Shown here piece by piece: positions 1 through 12,706 of a stretch of DNA of 64,000 bases; the stretch's first letter is position 1, and each line of letters begins with the position of its first letter. Origin of the DNA: Mobula hypostoma (lineage: Eukaryota); NCBI RefSeq assembly GCF_963921235.1, contig NC_086097.1:33358001-33422000 (forward strand). Reading direction: 5' to 3'. Made by a program: the position numbers and the translations under genes. The notes beneath the pieces are model-generated. The model saw nothing but the letters and a program-made list of their open reading frames with translations, was not told the DNA's origin and made no database searches.

Positions 1-839
1 GGGTTATTCAGTTGTAGGTACACTATGTTGGTGCCGGAAGCATGGGCTGCCTATAGCACGCATGATTTACAAAGACATACGGGTTCATCATTGATCAAAT
101 GACACATTTCACTGTATGTTTTGATGCTTTGATGTACATGTGACAAATAAAGATAATCTCTTTAGAAAGCAGTGGCCTTCTCGACCTTCCCTGCTGCCTC
201 TCTCACTCTCTGGTACAGAACTGGAGTGCACCTTCCAATAAGTCTAGCCCCAGGTATTGGACAGCATTACCGATGGGGACAGAGTGGAAACAGGGAAAAT
301 CTTGCAATGGAAAAAATTGAGTGCATTGTGGAGCTTGCCCTGTCATCATGGTGTGCCAGATTTCCCATTGTTCTTTCATCTTGGAGTGTGCGCTGATCAT
401 CTTTCAACACATGGCTCTAGTCCATCTGGCACACGTATGTATGCACTCAGAGGGAGAATGTATTTTATTGTAGAAGATCTTTTTGAAGTGGATTGTATGT
501 ATCAAAATGTTTTGCTTGGAGGTGAAAATCGAACAACTTTATGGTCTGCCCCAACTTCGAGCATGGACACAGTATTGTTATTTTGCTAGTTCACGGTTGG
601 AGGAAGAGGGCAGCAGGAAGGTCAAAATTGTTAATCATTCAGTTCGAGCAGTGCTGCTTCATGGTGGGAGCTCTTGCTGTTCTCACTGAAGCAGTTTGTA
701 ACTTGATACATGAAATTAAACAAAAATTCGCTATTTACCAGTATACCCCACAACATGAAAAGCCACATTCTCCTCTGTTTCCCTTACTTTCAGATCCCTA
801 TAGTATCCCACTCTCCCCTCAAATCCCAAATCCAACAAA

Positions 840-1330
840 GAATGTGTTGGCATTGGAGAGGGTCTGGAGGAGGTTCACGAGAGTGATCCTGGGAATTAAA
901 AGGTTAACATATGTGAAGCATTTGATGGCTCTGAGTCTGTACTTGCTGGAGTTTAAGAGAATAAGGTGGAAATCCTATTGAAACCTACCGCATATTGAAA
1001 AGCCAGATATAGTGGATGTAAAGTGGATAATTCCAATAGTGGGAGAGTCTAGGACCAGAAGACACAGCCTCAGAATAGAAAGATGTCCTTTTAGAACAGA
1101 AATAAGAAGGAATTTCTTTAGCTGGAGGGTGGTGAATCTGTGGAATTCATTGCAAGTCATTGGGTATATTTAAAGTGGAGGTTGATAGGATTTTGAGTAG
1201 TAAGGGTGCCAAAGATTATGGGAAGAAGGCAGGAGAATGGGGTTGAGATAGATAATAAGTCACCATGATGGAATGGCAAATGACTGATTGAGCTGAACGG
1301 CCTTATTCTACTCCTATATCTCATGGTCTT
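840..1330 (+). mobile_element. CR1 LINE 3' fragment
   Basis: ALERVWRRFTRVI remnant and CR1 3' UTR. Confidence 0.82.
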
Positions 1331-2377
1331 AAACCCCAATCATTTCATATTCCATACGGTTTAATGTCACACCCAGTCTGATCACCTTCTTCCTTCTCTC
1401 CCTACACACTTTGAGTGCCTGCCTGGTTAATTCCACTGCCTCCTCTTGCTCTGAACAGTTATAGAACTGAGCCATTCTAATTCCACACCCATTTGCTCAC
1501 TGCTCCCACTTCCCCACATTTAATATCTCAGATAGTCTCTGCTTGATCTGATAGCTGGTTGCTTCAGTGCCTCCATGATGTAGAGGTTTCAATACATGGG
1601 TGACCTGGAGTGTCCGTGAGAATCAAAGTCTCTGGCCCTGACACGTAGGTATCAGACCTCTGACATCTGGACACACTGACCCAAGGGCTTTGACCAATGG
1701 GCCTCAACTTCCAGACTTGCCGTTGATCTTTGGGCTTTGACCTTTGGTATCAACCGCAGGACATGCCAACCTGAGGGGGTCACGAGCCTTCGTGCCTCCT
1801 GCCTGCAACCTGGAGGACCCACCGGCTTGGGGGGACTCGCCAAACTGAGGGTTCACCTGCCCTCATCCATGGGGCCTGTCAACCTCGGTCATTGAACATG
1901 GGGATCACTGGTCATCGTCCTCAACTCTTGTTAGGCACAGTTGCTGCGGTCCAGGCCCCACACAGACCCAGCATCCAGACAGCATGGTGAAAGTTGAAGC
2001 CAACCTGACCAGAAAGGTTTCCTTGACTTAAGTCAGTTTCCTGGTGGTTGAGCAATACCTTGATACGGGGATCAACCACTATCTCTCCGTACTTTCAAAG
2101 AGTGGCTGAATCCTCCAACACAATTATCTGATTACTCTCTTTAAAGGGATCCCTTTTATCTGTGTGCATCTGGTAATAATTTGCCATTGTTGGTAATTTT
2201 CCTTCAGATGATAGCGGCAGAGGCTTGATGCAAACCGTGTCTGGCAAACTTATTTAAATAGTTCAGTCAGATCTCAGAGCCTTGATGACAGTATGAAAGT
2301 TAATGTGGGGCAGATGAACTATTGGAAGGCAGTTTCAATAACATTACTTATACATGTCTTTGTTAACGTTCATACCC

Positions 2378-2705
2378 ACGTGTAAGTGTAGCAGTTAGCA
2401 CAGTACATTACAGTGCATCACTGTAAGATCAGGGTACAATTCCTATTGCTGTCTATAAGGAGTTTGTACATTCTCTCTGTTATTGTGTGAGTTTCCTCCA
2501 GGTGCTCTGGTTTACTCCCACATTCCAAAGACATACAGATCAGGGTTAGTAAACTGAGGGCATGCAGTGTTGGCGCCGGAAGTATGGCGACACTTGCAGG
2601 CTGCCCCCTGCATATCCTTGGACTATGTTGGTCATTGATGTAAACAATTCATTTCACTGTGTGTTCTGATGTACATGTGACAAATAAAGCTAATCTTCAT
2701 CTTTA
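2378..2705 (+). mobile_element. tRNA-headed V-SINE (HE1-like); other copies at about 1-160, 3990-4275(-), 18680-18845, 30245-30470, 34735-35070(-), 42750-42980(-), 44130-44610
   Basis: A/B-box-like head and V-domain ggagtttgtacattctc...gtttcctccaggtgctctggtttactcccacattccaaagac. Confidence 0.78.
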
Positions 2706-2807
2706 AATTGGCCAAGGCAGAGAGTAATGGTGAACACTGGGAAGTTCACAGCTGTGTTCACCAAGGTAGAAATTGGCAGGTCTGCACTTTGTGAACATGC
2801 ACTATGA

Positions 2808-3880
2808 CCATCAGCACAGGTGCACCACAAGGCTATGTGCTTAGCCCCCTGCTCCACTCGCTTTATGCTAATGACTGTGAGGCTAAGCACATTTCCAAAG
2901 CCATATTCAAATTTACTGGTGACTGTTGAGGGCTGAATCAAAGGTGGTGACAAATCAGCATGTAGGAGGAAGATAGAAAATCTGTCTGAATGGTGTGAAC
3001 ATCTCACTCAATATCAGCAAAACCAACGAGCTGTTTCTCAACTACAGGAGGAGGAAATTGGAGGTCCATGAGCCAGTCCCCATCAGGAAATCAAAGGCAG
3101 AGATGGTCAGCAATTTTAAATTCTTTAAATTTCTTGGTGTTATCATTTCAGAGGATCTGTCCTGAGTCCACATGTAGCTGGCATTACAAAGAAAGCACAC
3201 CAGCTTCTCACTTCCTTAGAAGCTTGCAGAGATAAGGCATGCCAACTAAAATTTTGACAGATGTCTGTAGATGCACAGTGTGCGTATACTGACTGGTTGC
3301 ATCACAGCCTGGTATGGAAACACCAATGCCCTTGAATGGAAAAGCCTACAAGGAGTAGTGGATGCAGCCCAGTGCATCACGGGTAAAGCCCTCTCCACCA
3401 TTAAGCATATCTACAGGAAAGCGGCATCCATCATCAAGAACCACCACCATCCAGGCATACATGCTCTCTTGCTGCTATCATTGGGCAGGAGGTACAGAAG
3501 CCTTAGGTCCCACACCACCAGGTTCAGGAACAGTTATTACCCCTCAGTCATCAGGCTTTTGAAGCAAAAGGGATAACTTCCCTCACCACAATACTGAACT
3601 GTTCCCACAACCTATGGAGTCACTTTCAAAAACTCTACAACTTTTATGTTCTCAATATTTATTGCCTATTTATTTATTACTATTATTTTGTTTTTTTTTC
3701 TTTTTTTGTATTGAAGTTTGTTGTCTGTTGCACATTGGTTATTTGTTGATCTTTGTGTGTGATTTTCCATTGATCCTTTTGTGTTTCTTTGTATTTACTG
3801 TGAATGCCTTCAAGAAAATGAACCTCAAGGTAGTATATGGTGTCATATATGTACTTTGATAATAAACTTGCTTTGACTTT
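2808..3880 (+). mobile_element. Rex1/Babar-clade LINE 3' fragment
   Basis: ILTGCITAWYGN...RFRNSYYPSVIRLL; tail aataaacttgctttgactttga. Confidence 0.82.
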
Positions 3881-4275
3881 GATTTTAACATGCATTGACA
3901 ACCTGAATCTTTTGCACACATTGCAAAGTGCACAGAAGATACAACAATGGGAATGTGGGGAGGAGTGATGGTAGAGAGGACACAGGTTAGATTTGATTAT
4001 CTTTATTTGTCACGTGTACATCCAAACATACAATGAAATGTGTCATTTGCATCAATGACAAGCACAGTCCCGAGGAACTGCTGGGGGCAGTGATGCCACA
4101 CGTTTGGTACCAGCATAGCATACCCACAACTTACTAACGTACATCTTTGGAAAGTAGGAGGAGACTGGAACACCCAGAGGAGACCCGCGGGATCACACAG
4201 AGAATGTACAAATTCCTTACAGATGGTGTCGGAATTGAATCCCGATCACTGGCGCTGCAAAACATTACGCTAGCT

Positions 4276-6665
4276 CAGCCTTTCTCAACCTTTTTTGTCC
4301 TGGAAGAACCCTTGAAATTATTTTCAGGTCTCAGGGAACCCTGCATAACAATTATTAGATCTACAGCTCACGGTATGTTAGCATGATCAGTCAATTGTAG
4401 ATACAATAATCCAAAAATAATTGTCAATGCTTTTTTGAGTAGAGAATGAATTTTTAGCCAACCTTTCTTGTAAAAAAACAGGTAGTTAAGATTAGCTTAC
4501 CTTTCTTGAAATTAATCTCTTTCTTTCCCTGTCATAAATTTTAAAAACTCATAAGGCAAACAATAAATTTCTGTTTTCAATAAGACTTAAGACTTTCTGA
4601 TACCCTTCCTCACTCTCAAGCCCAACCAGCAGTGGAAACATTTCAAGATTTCCTTTTGCAACATGATTTTTCCAAATATTCAGTTTCCTTTTAAATCCAA
4701 GAATCTTGTCACTTGAAGTCAAAACATTTTCTCCAGGGCCTTGCAGAGACTTGTTCAAATGGTTCATATGATGAAAAATGTGTGCTAAGTAGGCTAGTTT
4801 CTGCAGCCATTCTTCATCGTCAAAGCACTCAGCAAAATCTGACCTACTATTTTCCTGAAAGTACTCCTGCAATTCACCTTTCATCTCAAACACTATTTTG
4901 AAATTCTTCCTCTGCTAAGCCACCAGATTTCTGTATGTAGCAGGAGATTGGTGTGCTCTTTGTCCAGGTGTTCACAGTTTTTTAAACAACCTCGAGTGAA
5001 CTGGTCTTTGTTTAATAAAGTTAACCATTTTTGTAGCTTCATCCAGAACTTTTTTCATTTCATCTCATTTCTACACTTCTCTGTGCAGAAAGCAGAGTGT
5101 TGTGACAATGTCAGGATTTTCTTTTTTTTATAAGATAAACGAAACCTTTCATAGAGCTAACCATTGATGGGGCACTATCAGTACAGATGCCAACACAGTT
5201 CCTCCAAGACCGACCTTTTGTTTCCAGATATGAAGACAAAACTAAATAAATCTTGGCCCTTGCTTGTTTCTGGCAGCTCTTTGCTACAGAAAAGGTTTTC
5301 TTGAATTTCACCATCATTTACAAATTTTACAAAGGATACAACTTGACATTTATTGGTGAAATCTGTTGACTCAACAACCTGGATAGAGAAGTTGTTGTTT
5401 TTCAGTTTATCACACAAAACCTCTTCAGCATCATGTGACATGTCATCAATGTGTCGACTTTTCATACTGTTTGAGAGTGAAACTATTTCAATTTCTCATA
5501 CTGCATCTTGTCTTAACACAGGGTTAATAAAACATAAAAAAGAACAGCATAATAAATAACTAAGCAAGAAAATGGGAAAAAAATATGAAAACTTCACAAC
5601 ACAATTCACTTCTGACCTACACGATCCACCTTTTTATAACATTTACAACAACAGCAAAGCGGCAGTCCAGCAGCTGAGTCACAGTGCGTAAAAATTCCTT
5701 CCTGAGAATGAAAATTTCCTACCAATTTTCTACTACACCAGTAGAGTTTGTTCACTCCCATAAGTCAGTTGGTAGCGCATAAGGGGAAGTTTGGGGAGGT
5801 AATTCAGGAGGGAGAAGCTGACGTCACAACCCAAATTGGGCAAGTCCATTCGATTCCCGGAAAACGCACTTCACGCTCCTCATCAGCCTACTGTCCTCCC
5901 CTCCATGCAATACAGCACTCACTAATTATCAGTTTACCATCCTCCATCTATGCAATACAGCACTCACCAATTATCAGCCTGTCGTCCTCCCTCTATGCAA
6001 TACAGTGCTCACCAATTATCAGCCTGTCATTCTCCCTCTATGCAATACAATGCTTACCAATTATCAGCCTATTGTCCTGCCTCTGTGCAATACAGTGCTC
6101 ACTAATTATCAGCCTATCGTTCTCCCTCTATGCAATACAGCCTCACGAACTATCAGCCTACCGTCCTCCCCTCCATACAATACAGCACTCACGAATTATC
6201 AGCCTACCGTCCTCCCCTCCATACAATACAGCACTCACTAATCATCATCCTACCATCCTTCTCTCTGTGCAATACAGTGCTCACCAATTATCAGCCTACC
6301 GTCCTCCCCTCTGTGCAATACAGCACTCACTAATTATCAGCCTACCGTCCTCCCTTCCTTGCAATACAGCCTCACGAATTATCAGCCTACCGTCCTCCCT
6401 TCTGTGCAATACAGCGCTCACCAATTATCAATGGCCTCCCCTACCTCGCATCAAAAACTGAGAGTGGTCTCAATCCCAAATAAACATGGTCCTGCTGTGC
6501 ACTGCCACACTGAGCTGAGAGACCTGTAATGAGATTGCTAACGGGGCTGCTCAGTCACTGCTCACCACTGCAAGTGCTCGCATCGTGCATTGCACCAAGT
6601 TCAGAAGACAAAGTATATTTCTTTTTAATCATGATCTCTCGCGGAACCCTGGCTGAGAAACCCTG
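4276..6665 (-). mobile_element. hAT DNA transposon relic (Charlie/Buster group) with fragmented transposase
   Basis: TIRs cagcctttctcaacc and ggctgagaaaccctg. Degenerate 8-bp TSD cgctagct/cactgact. Minus-strand fragments ELQEYF...WLQKLAYLAHIF..NKSLQG, CVGICTDSAPSM and FSIQVVESTD resemble ZBED8/FAM200/Charlie transposases. Inserted in a SINE. Confidence 0.88.
5881..6435. repeat. Minisatellite with a 45-46 bp unit, about 12 copies, inside the hAT element
   Basis: Unit approximately tcagcctaccgtcctcccctccatacaatacagcactcacgaatta, repeated head to tail. Confidence 0.92.
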
Positions 6666-8744
6666 CACTGACTACTACACTATTGTATCGCACAGAACTA
6701 GAGAGCTAGGCAGATCAATTCTAATGCTGAGAAATGTCAAGTAGTACTCTTGTGCTGGTAGTCTGTGCAGTTGGCACTTCAGCTAGCCAGATCCATGCCA
6801 GCATTTTTGTCCATCTACACTAATCCTGGTAGCGTGTATTAAAACTGATTCCTTCTGTGCCTTGTCTGCTTTAGTACCTCTCTAAATGTCTCTTAAGAAT
6901 AATTTTATCTGACTCCACTACCTCTTCTGGCAGCATAATCCAGATATCAACCACACTCTGTGTAAAAACTTTCCCCTCAAATCCCCTTGAAACCTCCTTT
7001 CTTTTACCTTAAACCTATGCCCTTGTTTTTTATACCCTACCATGGGACAAAGTATTCTGATCATCTCTGGCTCTTGTTAAACAACAAACAATCTGCTGGA
7101 TGAACTCAATATCTGCTCAGTCCAGTTCTGATGCAAGGTTTCGACTCAAAATGTTCACAACTCCTTTCCTGCACCCACCCCCACAGATGCTGCCCAACCT
7201 ACTGAGTTCCTCCAGCAAATTGTTAGTTGCTCCTATATTCAAGTTCAAAGTTTCGAAGTAAAATTTATTATTAAAGTACATATATGTAACTATATACTGC
7301 CTTGAAATTTGTTTTTTTAGGAAAAACAAAACAATAGAATAGAATGTATGAAAAATGACCCATAAACAAAGACTGACAACAAACAAATGTGCAAGTGCAC
7401 AAATTGTGCAAACTTTTTAAAATGCTGACAATATTAGTTATAAAGAGTCCTTGAGAGTGAGTCTGTTGCTCGCAGAATCAGTTGGGAGTTTAGGTGAGTG
7501 AAATTATCCACGCTGGTTCAGGAGCCTGATGATTTTAGGGTAGTAACTGTTCCTAAAGCTGGTGGTGTGGGACCAAAGGCTAGCATGATGCTTGTAGCGA
7601 GAAGAGAGCGTGGCCTGAATGATGTGGGTCGTTGATGATGGATGCTGCTTTCTTGTGCAAGCACTCCCTGTCAAAGTGCTCATTGATGGGGAGAGTTTTG
7701 CCTGTGATGTTCTGTGCCCTGACCTATAAAGGTAAGCAAGCCATGTACTTACTTCACTGCCCTAACCATCTGTGTTCTGGAAACTATACCCTTAGATCCC
7801 AAGTCTCTCTGTTCTAGCATTCATCAGTGCCCTGTCATTTACTGTATATGTCTAACTAATTGACTTCTCAAAATGCATTGCTCTATTAGAACAATTGAAA
7901 AAGATAGTTTAAGTTGTAGAATTTTTGAAGTGCAGGAAAGTAAAAGTGCTGTCGGTGTACATGCATACATTTCTGATTGTGTCAGAATGAGATAGGACGG
8001 CTTTTAAAAGTGTTACGTACATGGTGTTGTGTATGGACTCGTGTGAAGTGCCTTGAAGTATTTCACTAGGATAAAAGCACCATAGGACAGGTTATATTGT
8101 ATAGCTCTGTTAAACACTGGGGATCCTTGTCTGCTCAGCCTCTGTGGGAGGTATGTAACTGGATGCTGTAAATTCTTCATCCCATTCAGTTTATGCAGTC
8201 TTTGCCAAATCTTCCCCTGGCTTTCAGTGCTCACACTTGCTTGAGCAGTTCACATATTTCAAGATTTAAGATTCAGATTTATTTATCAGTTGTATATCAA
8301 AGCGGCTTAGATTCCGGCCTGACCTCAAATTCCCCACATCCCTATCCCTAAACCCGAATCTGACCCCTACCTACTCTCTCTGTCCCCAAAACCATCACTA
8401 CGAACCTAAAAAAAAACTAAATCTGAGCCTTGACTTCAATGGATACCACTTTCCTATCCTTTCCTTATCACTAGTAAACAACCCAAGGACTAGCACCTTG
8501 GAACTTGCAAGTACCTGGATCTGACAATATAATTGATCTGGACTATGGCAGCAGAGCAATCAAGTGCCAGACGTTGATAGTGCGCTCACAACTGTCTTCT
8601 TGTTTGATTTTTGAATCAAAATAAATTTAGTAAAACATCAACAAAATAACATTATTTAAAATATCATTCTTCTTGTCTTGGATGCAGCTCAGCTGCATCA
8701 GTGTCCACTAATCTCAAAATGGCAATGCAATCTGGCTTTTTCCA

Positions 8745-9885
8745 CTGATGTTGGATGAGACTAAAACTAGATGTCATAGGTTAAGGCTGAAGGGTAAAAT
8801 ATTTAAGGGGAATCTGCGGGGGCATTTCTTCACTCAGAGGGTATGAATGTGGAATGACCTGCTAGCAGAATTGGTGGATATGGATTCAATTGTAACATTT
8901 AAGAGAAGATTGAATAGATACATGAATGAAGGAGGAATGAAGGGCTATTGCCTGGGTGCAGAGAGATGGAACTAGGCAGAAGCTAAGGCCAGCACAGACT
9001 ATATGGGCTGATGGGCCTGATTCTGTGATGTAGTGCTCTAAGACTCCCAGTGTCCCTAGGATGCAGAGACTCTCTAGAGAGATATAGATAGGTTAAGCGA
9101 GTGGGCAATGGTCTGGCAGATGGAGTATAAAACTGGTAAATGCAAGGTCATCCACTTTGGAAAGGAAAATAGAAGATCATATTGTTATCTAAATAGTGAA
9201 AGAATTCAGCATGCAATTGTGCAGAGGTACTTGGGATTGCTTGTGCATGAATCAGAAAAGGTTGGTTTGTAGGTACAACTGATTATCAAGAAGGCAAAGG
9301 GAGGTAATGCTGCGACTGCACAGGGTACTGATGAAGCCACACCTGGAGTACTGTGGGCAGTTCTGGTTTGCTCACTTAAGCCAAAATATACTGGCTTTGG
9401 AGGTGGTGCAGAGGAGGTTCATCAGGTTGATTCTGGAGTTGATGGGGGGTTAGCCTATCAGGAGATTTAGAGTTGCCTGGAACTATACACTCTGAAATTT
9501 AGAAGGATGAGACGGGATCCTACAGAAACATATCAAATTATGAAAGGGATAGGTAAGACAGAGGCAGGAAAGTTATTGCCATTGGTAAGTGAGACTAGAA
9601 CCGGAGGAAATGGTCCCAAGATTCAGGGGAATAGATTTAGGACAGAGATTAGGAAAAAATGCTTTCTCCAGAGAGTAGTGAATCTGAAATTTCTTACCCA
9701 GGAGAGCAGTAGAGGATACCTCATTAAGTATATTTAAGACACAGTTAAATAGATTTATGCATAGCAGGGGAATTAAGGGTGATGGGGAAAAGGTGGATCT
9801 GAGTCTGCAGCCAAGTCAGCCATTTTCTTATTGAATAGCAGAGCAAACCCAACAGGTCAACTCCTCCTCCTAATACTTATGTTCT
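8745..9885 (+). mobile_element. Two adjacent CR1 3' fragments
   Basis: CR1 ORF2 C-terminal remnants (RRDPTETYQIMKG, FRTEIRKKCFLQRVVNL) and 3' UTRs. Confidence 0.78.
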
Positions 9886-10834
9886 TTAGTACAGTACTTC
9901 CCTGCCCTTCCCAAGGTGTGACCCTCCCTCAGTACCACACTTCTATAGTGTAACCATTCCCAAAGATAAATAGAATCATAAAGTCATGGACACAGATCTG
10001 TTCTGACCACTGAAATGTAAGGTTTAGAAGTCTGAACAAATGCATCAGGAGTTGTGTACTGGGCTTTTGTGAGTGTATACTTTTCAAGTTCAACTTTAAT
10101 TATTATTCAACCATATTCTGTTTGAATACCCATGAAAACAGCTAAATGAAACAGCATTACTTTGGGACCAATGTGCAAAACATAGTACCAGTAGTCATAC
10201 ACAGCGCAAGGCATATATACCACATATAAGAAACCAGCAAGCATAGAGTCACACAAAAAATATATAATATAGCCCCAGTCCCTGAGTGATAAGTCCTGCA
10301 GATTGATGATGCATGTATGTTTGTCAGCAAGAACTAGCCCTTTGCAACCGCAGACGAACGTTCGCATGCACACATGCATGCAATCCACCTTGTCTTCCAT
10401 CGAGTGAAACCCGGAGGGCAACATTATCGAGAGGGGCCTCCCCTCCCCAATCCAGCATGGACACTGTGCCATAGCGCCTCTGGTATCTCCTCTCCTGGGA
10501 GGGTGTAACAGGCAAGCCTGTGACGGGAGGCCCTATCCGTGCTACAAATGAGGCCACAAAGTTCCCTCGCCGTCAATCTCACCAATAAAATCAGTGAACC
10601 GGACTTGCAGTATTCTATATCAATTTGAGTCTTGTGATCACAAGAAAAACGTCCAAGACATTCGTTCACTGTTAGACTACACGCTGCCTTTGTGCACTGA
10701 TTCCAACACCTTTCTGTAACAGACAGCTTCTCTGCATTTAAGCAACTCACTGACTGTGTATACCTACAGTACCTGAAGTTTTTAATGTCTAGCCATGCCT
10801 TGTGATTTAAAAAAAGACAATAACATCTTTGGTT

Positions 10835-12706
10835 ACAAGCAACACACATAAACATTGCTGGTGAACGCGGCAGGCCAGGCAGCATCTCTAGGAAGAGGTA
10901 CAGTCGACGTTTCCGGCCGAGACCCTTCGTCAGGACTAACTGAAAGAAGAGCTAGTAAGAGATTTGAAAGGGGGAGGGGGAGATCCAAAATGATAGAAGA
11001 AGACAGGAGGGGGAGGGATGGAGCCAAGAGCTGGACAGTTGATTGGCAAAAGGGATATGAGAGAATCATGGGATGGGAGGCCTAGGGAGAAAGAAAGCGG
11101 GGGGAGGAAGCCCCGAGGATGGACAAGGAGTATAGTGAGAGGGACAGAGGGAGAAAAAGGAGAGAGAGGAAAAAAAATTAATAATAAATAAATAAATGAA
11201 TAACGGATGGGGTACAAAGGGGAGGTGGGGCATTAGCGGAAGTTGGAGAAGTCAATGTTCATGCCATCAGGTTGGAGGCTACCCAGACGGAATATAAGGT
11301 GTTGTTCATCCAACCTGAGTGTGGCTTCATCTTGACAGTAGAGGAGGCCGTGGATAGACACTTCAGAATGAGAATGGGACGTGGAATTAAAATGTGTGGC
11401 CACTGGGAGATCCTGCTTTCTCTGGCGGACAGAGCATAGGTGTTCAGCAAAACGGTCTCCCAGCCTGTGTCCAGTCTTGCCAATATATAGAAGGCCACAT
11501 CGGGAGCACTGGATGCATTATATCACCCCAGCCGACTCACAGGTGAAGTGTCGCCTCACCTAGAAGGACTGTTTGAGGCCCTGAATGGTGGTGAGGGAGG
11601 AAGTGTAAGGGCATGTGTAGCACTTGTTCCGCTTACAAAGATAAGTGCCGGGAGGGAGATCGGTGGGAAGGGATGGGGGGGGAGGATGAATGGGCAAGGG
11701 AGTCGCGTAGGGAGCGATCCCTGCGGAAATCAGGGTGGGGGGGGAGGGAAAGATGTGCTTAGTGGTGGGATCCCGTTGGAGGTGGCGGAAGTTACGGAGG
11801 ATTATATGTTGGACCCGGAGGCTGGTGGGGTGGTAGGTGAGGACAAGGGGAACTCTATTCCTAGTGGGGTGGCGGGAGGATGAGGTGAGAGCAGATGTGC
11901 GTGAAATGGGAGAGATGCGTTTGAGAGCAGAGTTGATGGTGGAGGAAGGGAAGCCCCTTTCTTTAAAAAAGGAGGACATCTCCTTCGTCCTGAAATGAAA
12001 AGCCTCATCCTGAGAGCAGATACGGCAGAGACGGAGGAATTGCGAGAAGGGGATGGCATTTTTGCAAGAGACAGGGTGAGAAGAGGAATAGTCCAGGTAG
12101 CTGTGAGAGTCCGTAGGCTTATAGTAGACATCAGTGGATAAGCTGTCTCCAGAGACAGAGACAGAAAGATCAAGAAAGGGGAGGGAGGTGTCGGAAATGG
12201 ACCAGGTAAACTTGAGGGCAGGGTGAAAGTTGGAGGCAAAGTTAATGAAGTCAACGAGCTCAGTATGTGTGCAGGAAGCAGCGCCAATGCAGTCATCGAT
12301 GTAGCGAAGGAAAAGTGGGGGACAGATACCAGTATAGGCTTGGAACATGGATTGTTCCACAAAGCCAACAAAAAGGCAGGCATAGCTAGGACCCATACAA
12401 GGTGCCCATAGCTACACCTTTAGTTTGGAGGAAGTGGGAGGAGCCAAAGGAAAAATTATTAACAGTAAGGACCAATTCCGCTAGACGGAGGACAGTGGTG
12501 GTAGAGGGGCACTGGTTAGGTCTGGAATCCAAAAAGAAGCGGAGAGCTTTGAGACCTTCCTGATGGGGGATGAAAGTATATAGGGACTGGACATCCATGG
12601 TGAAAATAAAGCAGTGGGGGCCATGGAAAAAATCATCGAAAAAATTCAGAGTGTGAGAAGTGTCACGAACATAGGTAGGAAGGGATTGAACAAGGGGGGA
12701 TAAAAC
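10835..12706 (-). mobile_element. Penelope-like retroelement (Neptune-type), 5'-truncated: RT, Cys linker, GIY-YIG endonuclease and 3' terminus
   Basis: Frameshifted ORFs with PLE RT motifs (FTMDVQSLYT, QTKGVAMGT/MGPSYACLFVG, LRYIDD), CKRNKCYTC linker and a GIY-YIG region. Candidate 8-bp TSD ctttggtt at 10827-10834 and 12707-12714; the flanks rejoin into one older element. Confidence 0.93.
10902..10937 (-). ncRNA. Minimal type I hammerhead ribozyme motif (PLE-associated)
   Basis: Reverse complement agtc ctgacga agggtctcggccg gaaa cgtc gact; core intact, stem II variant. Confidence 0.8.

Noticed and set aside
172..689. Cluster of short ORFs in unique sequence near the window start
   Set aside because: No recognisable homology and no consistent splice or frame model.
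2378..2460. tRNA gene
   Set aside because: Only a decayed tRNA-derived SINE head; no cloverleaf can be formed.
5748..6461. 237-aa ORF and a CRISPR-like appearance of the 45-46 bp array
   Set aside because: The ORF is a translation of the tandem repeat. Units are contiguous with no unique spacers, there are no cas genes, and the context is eukaryotic.
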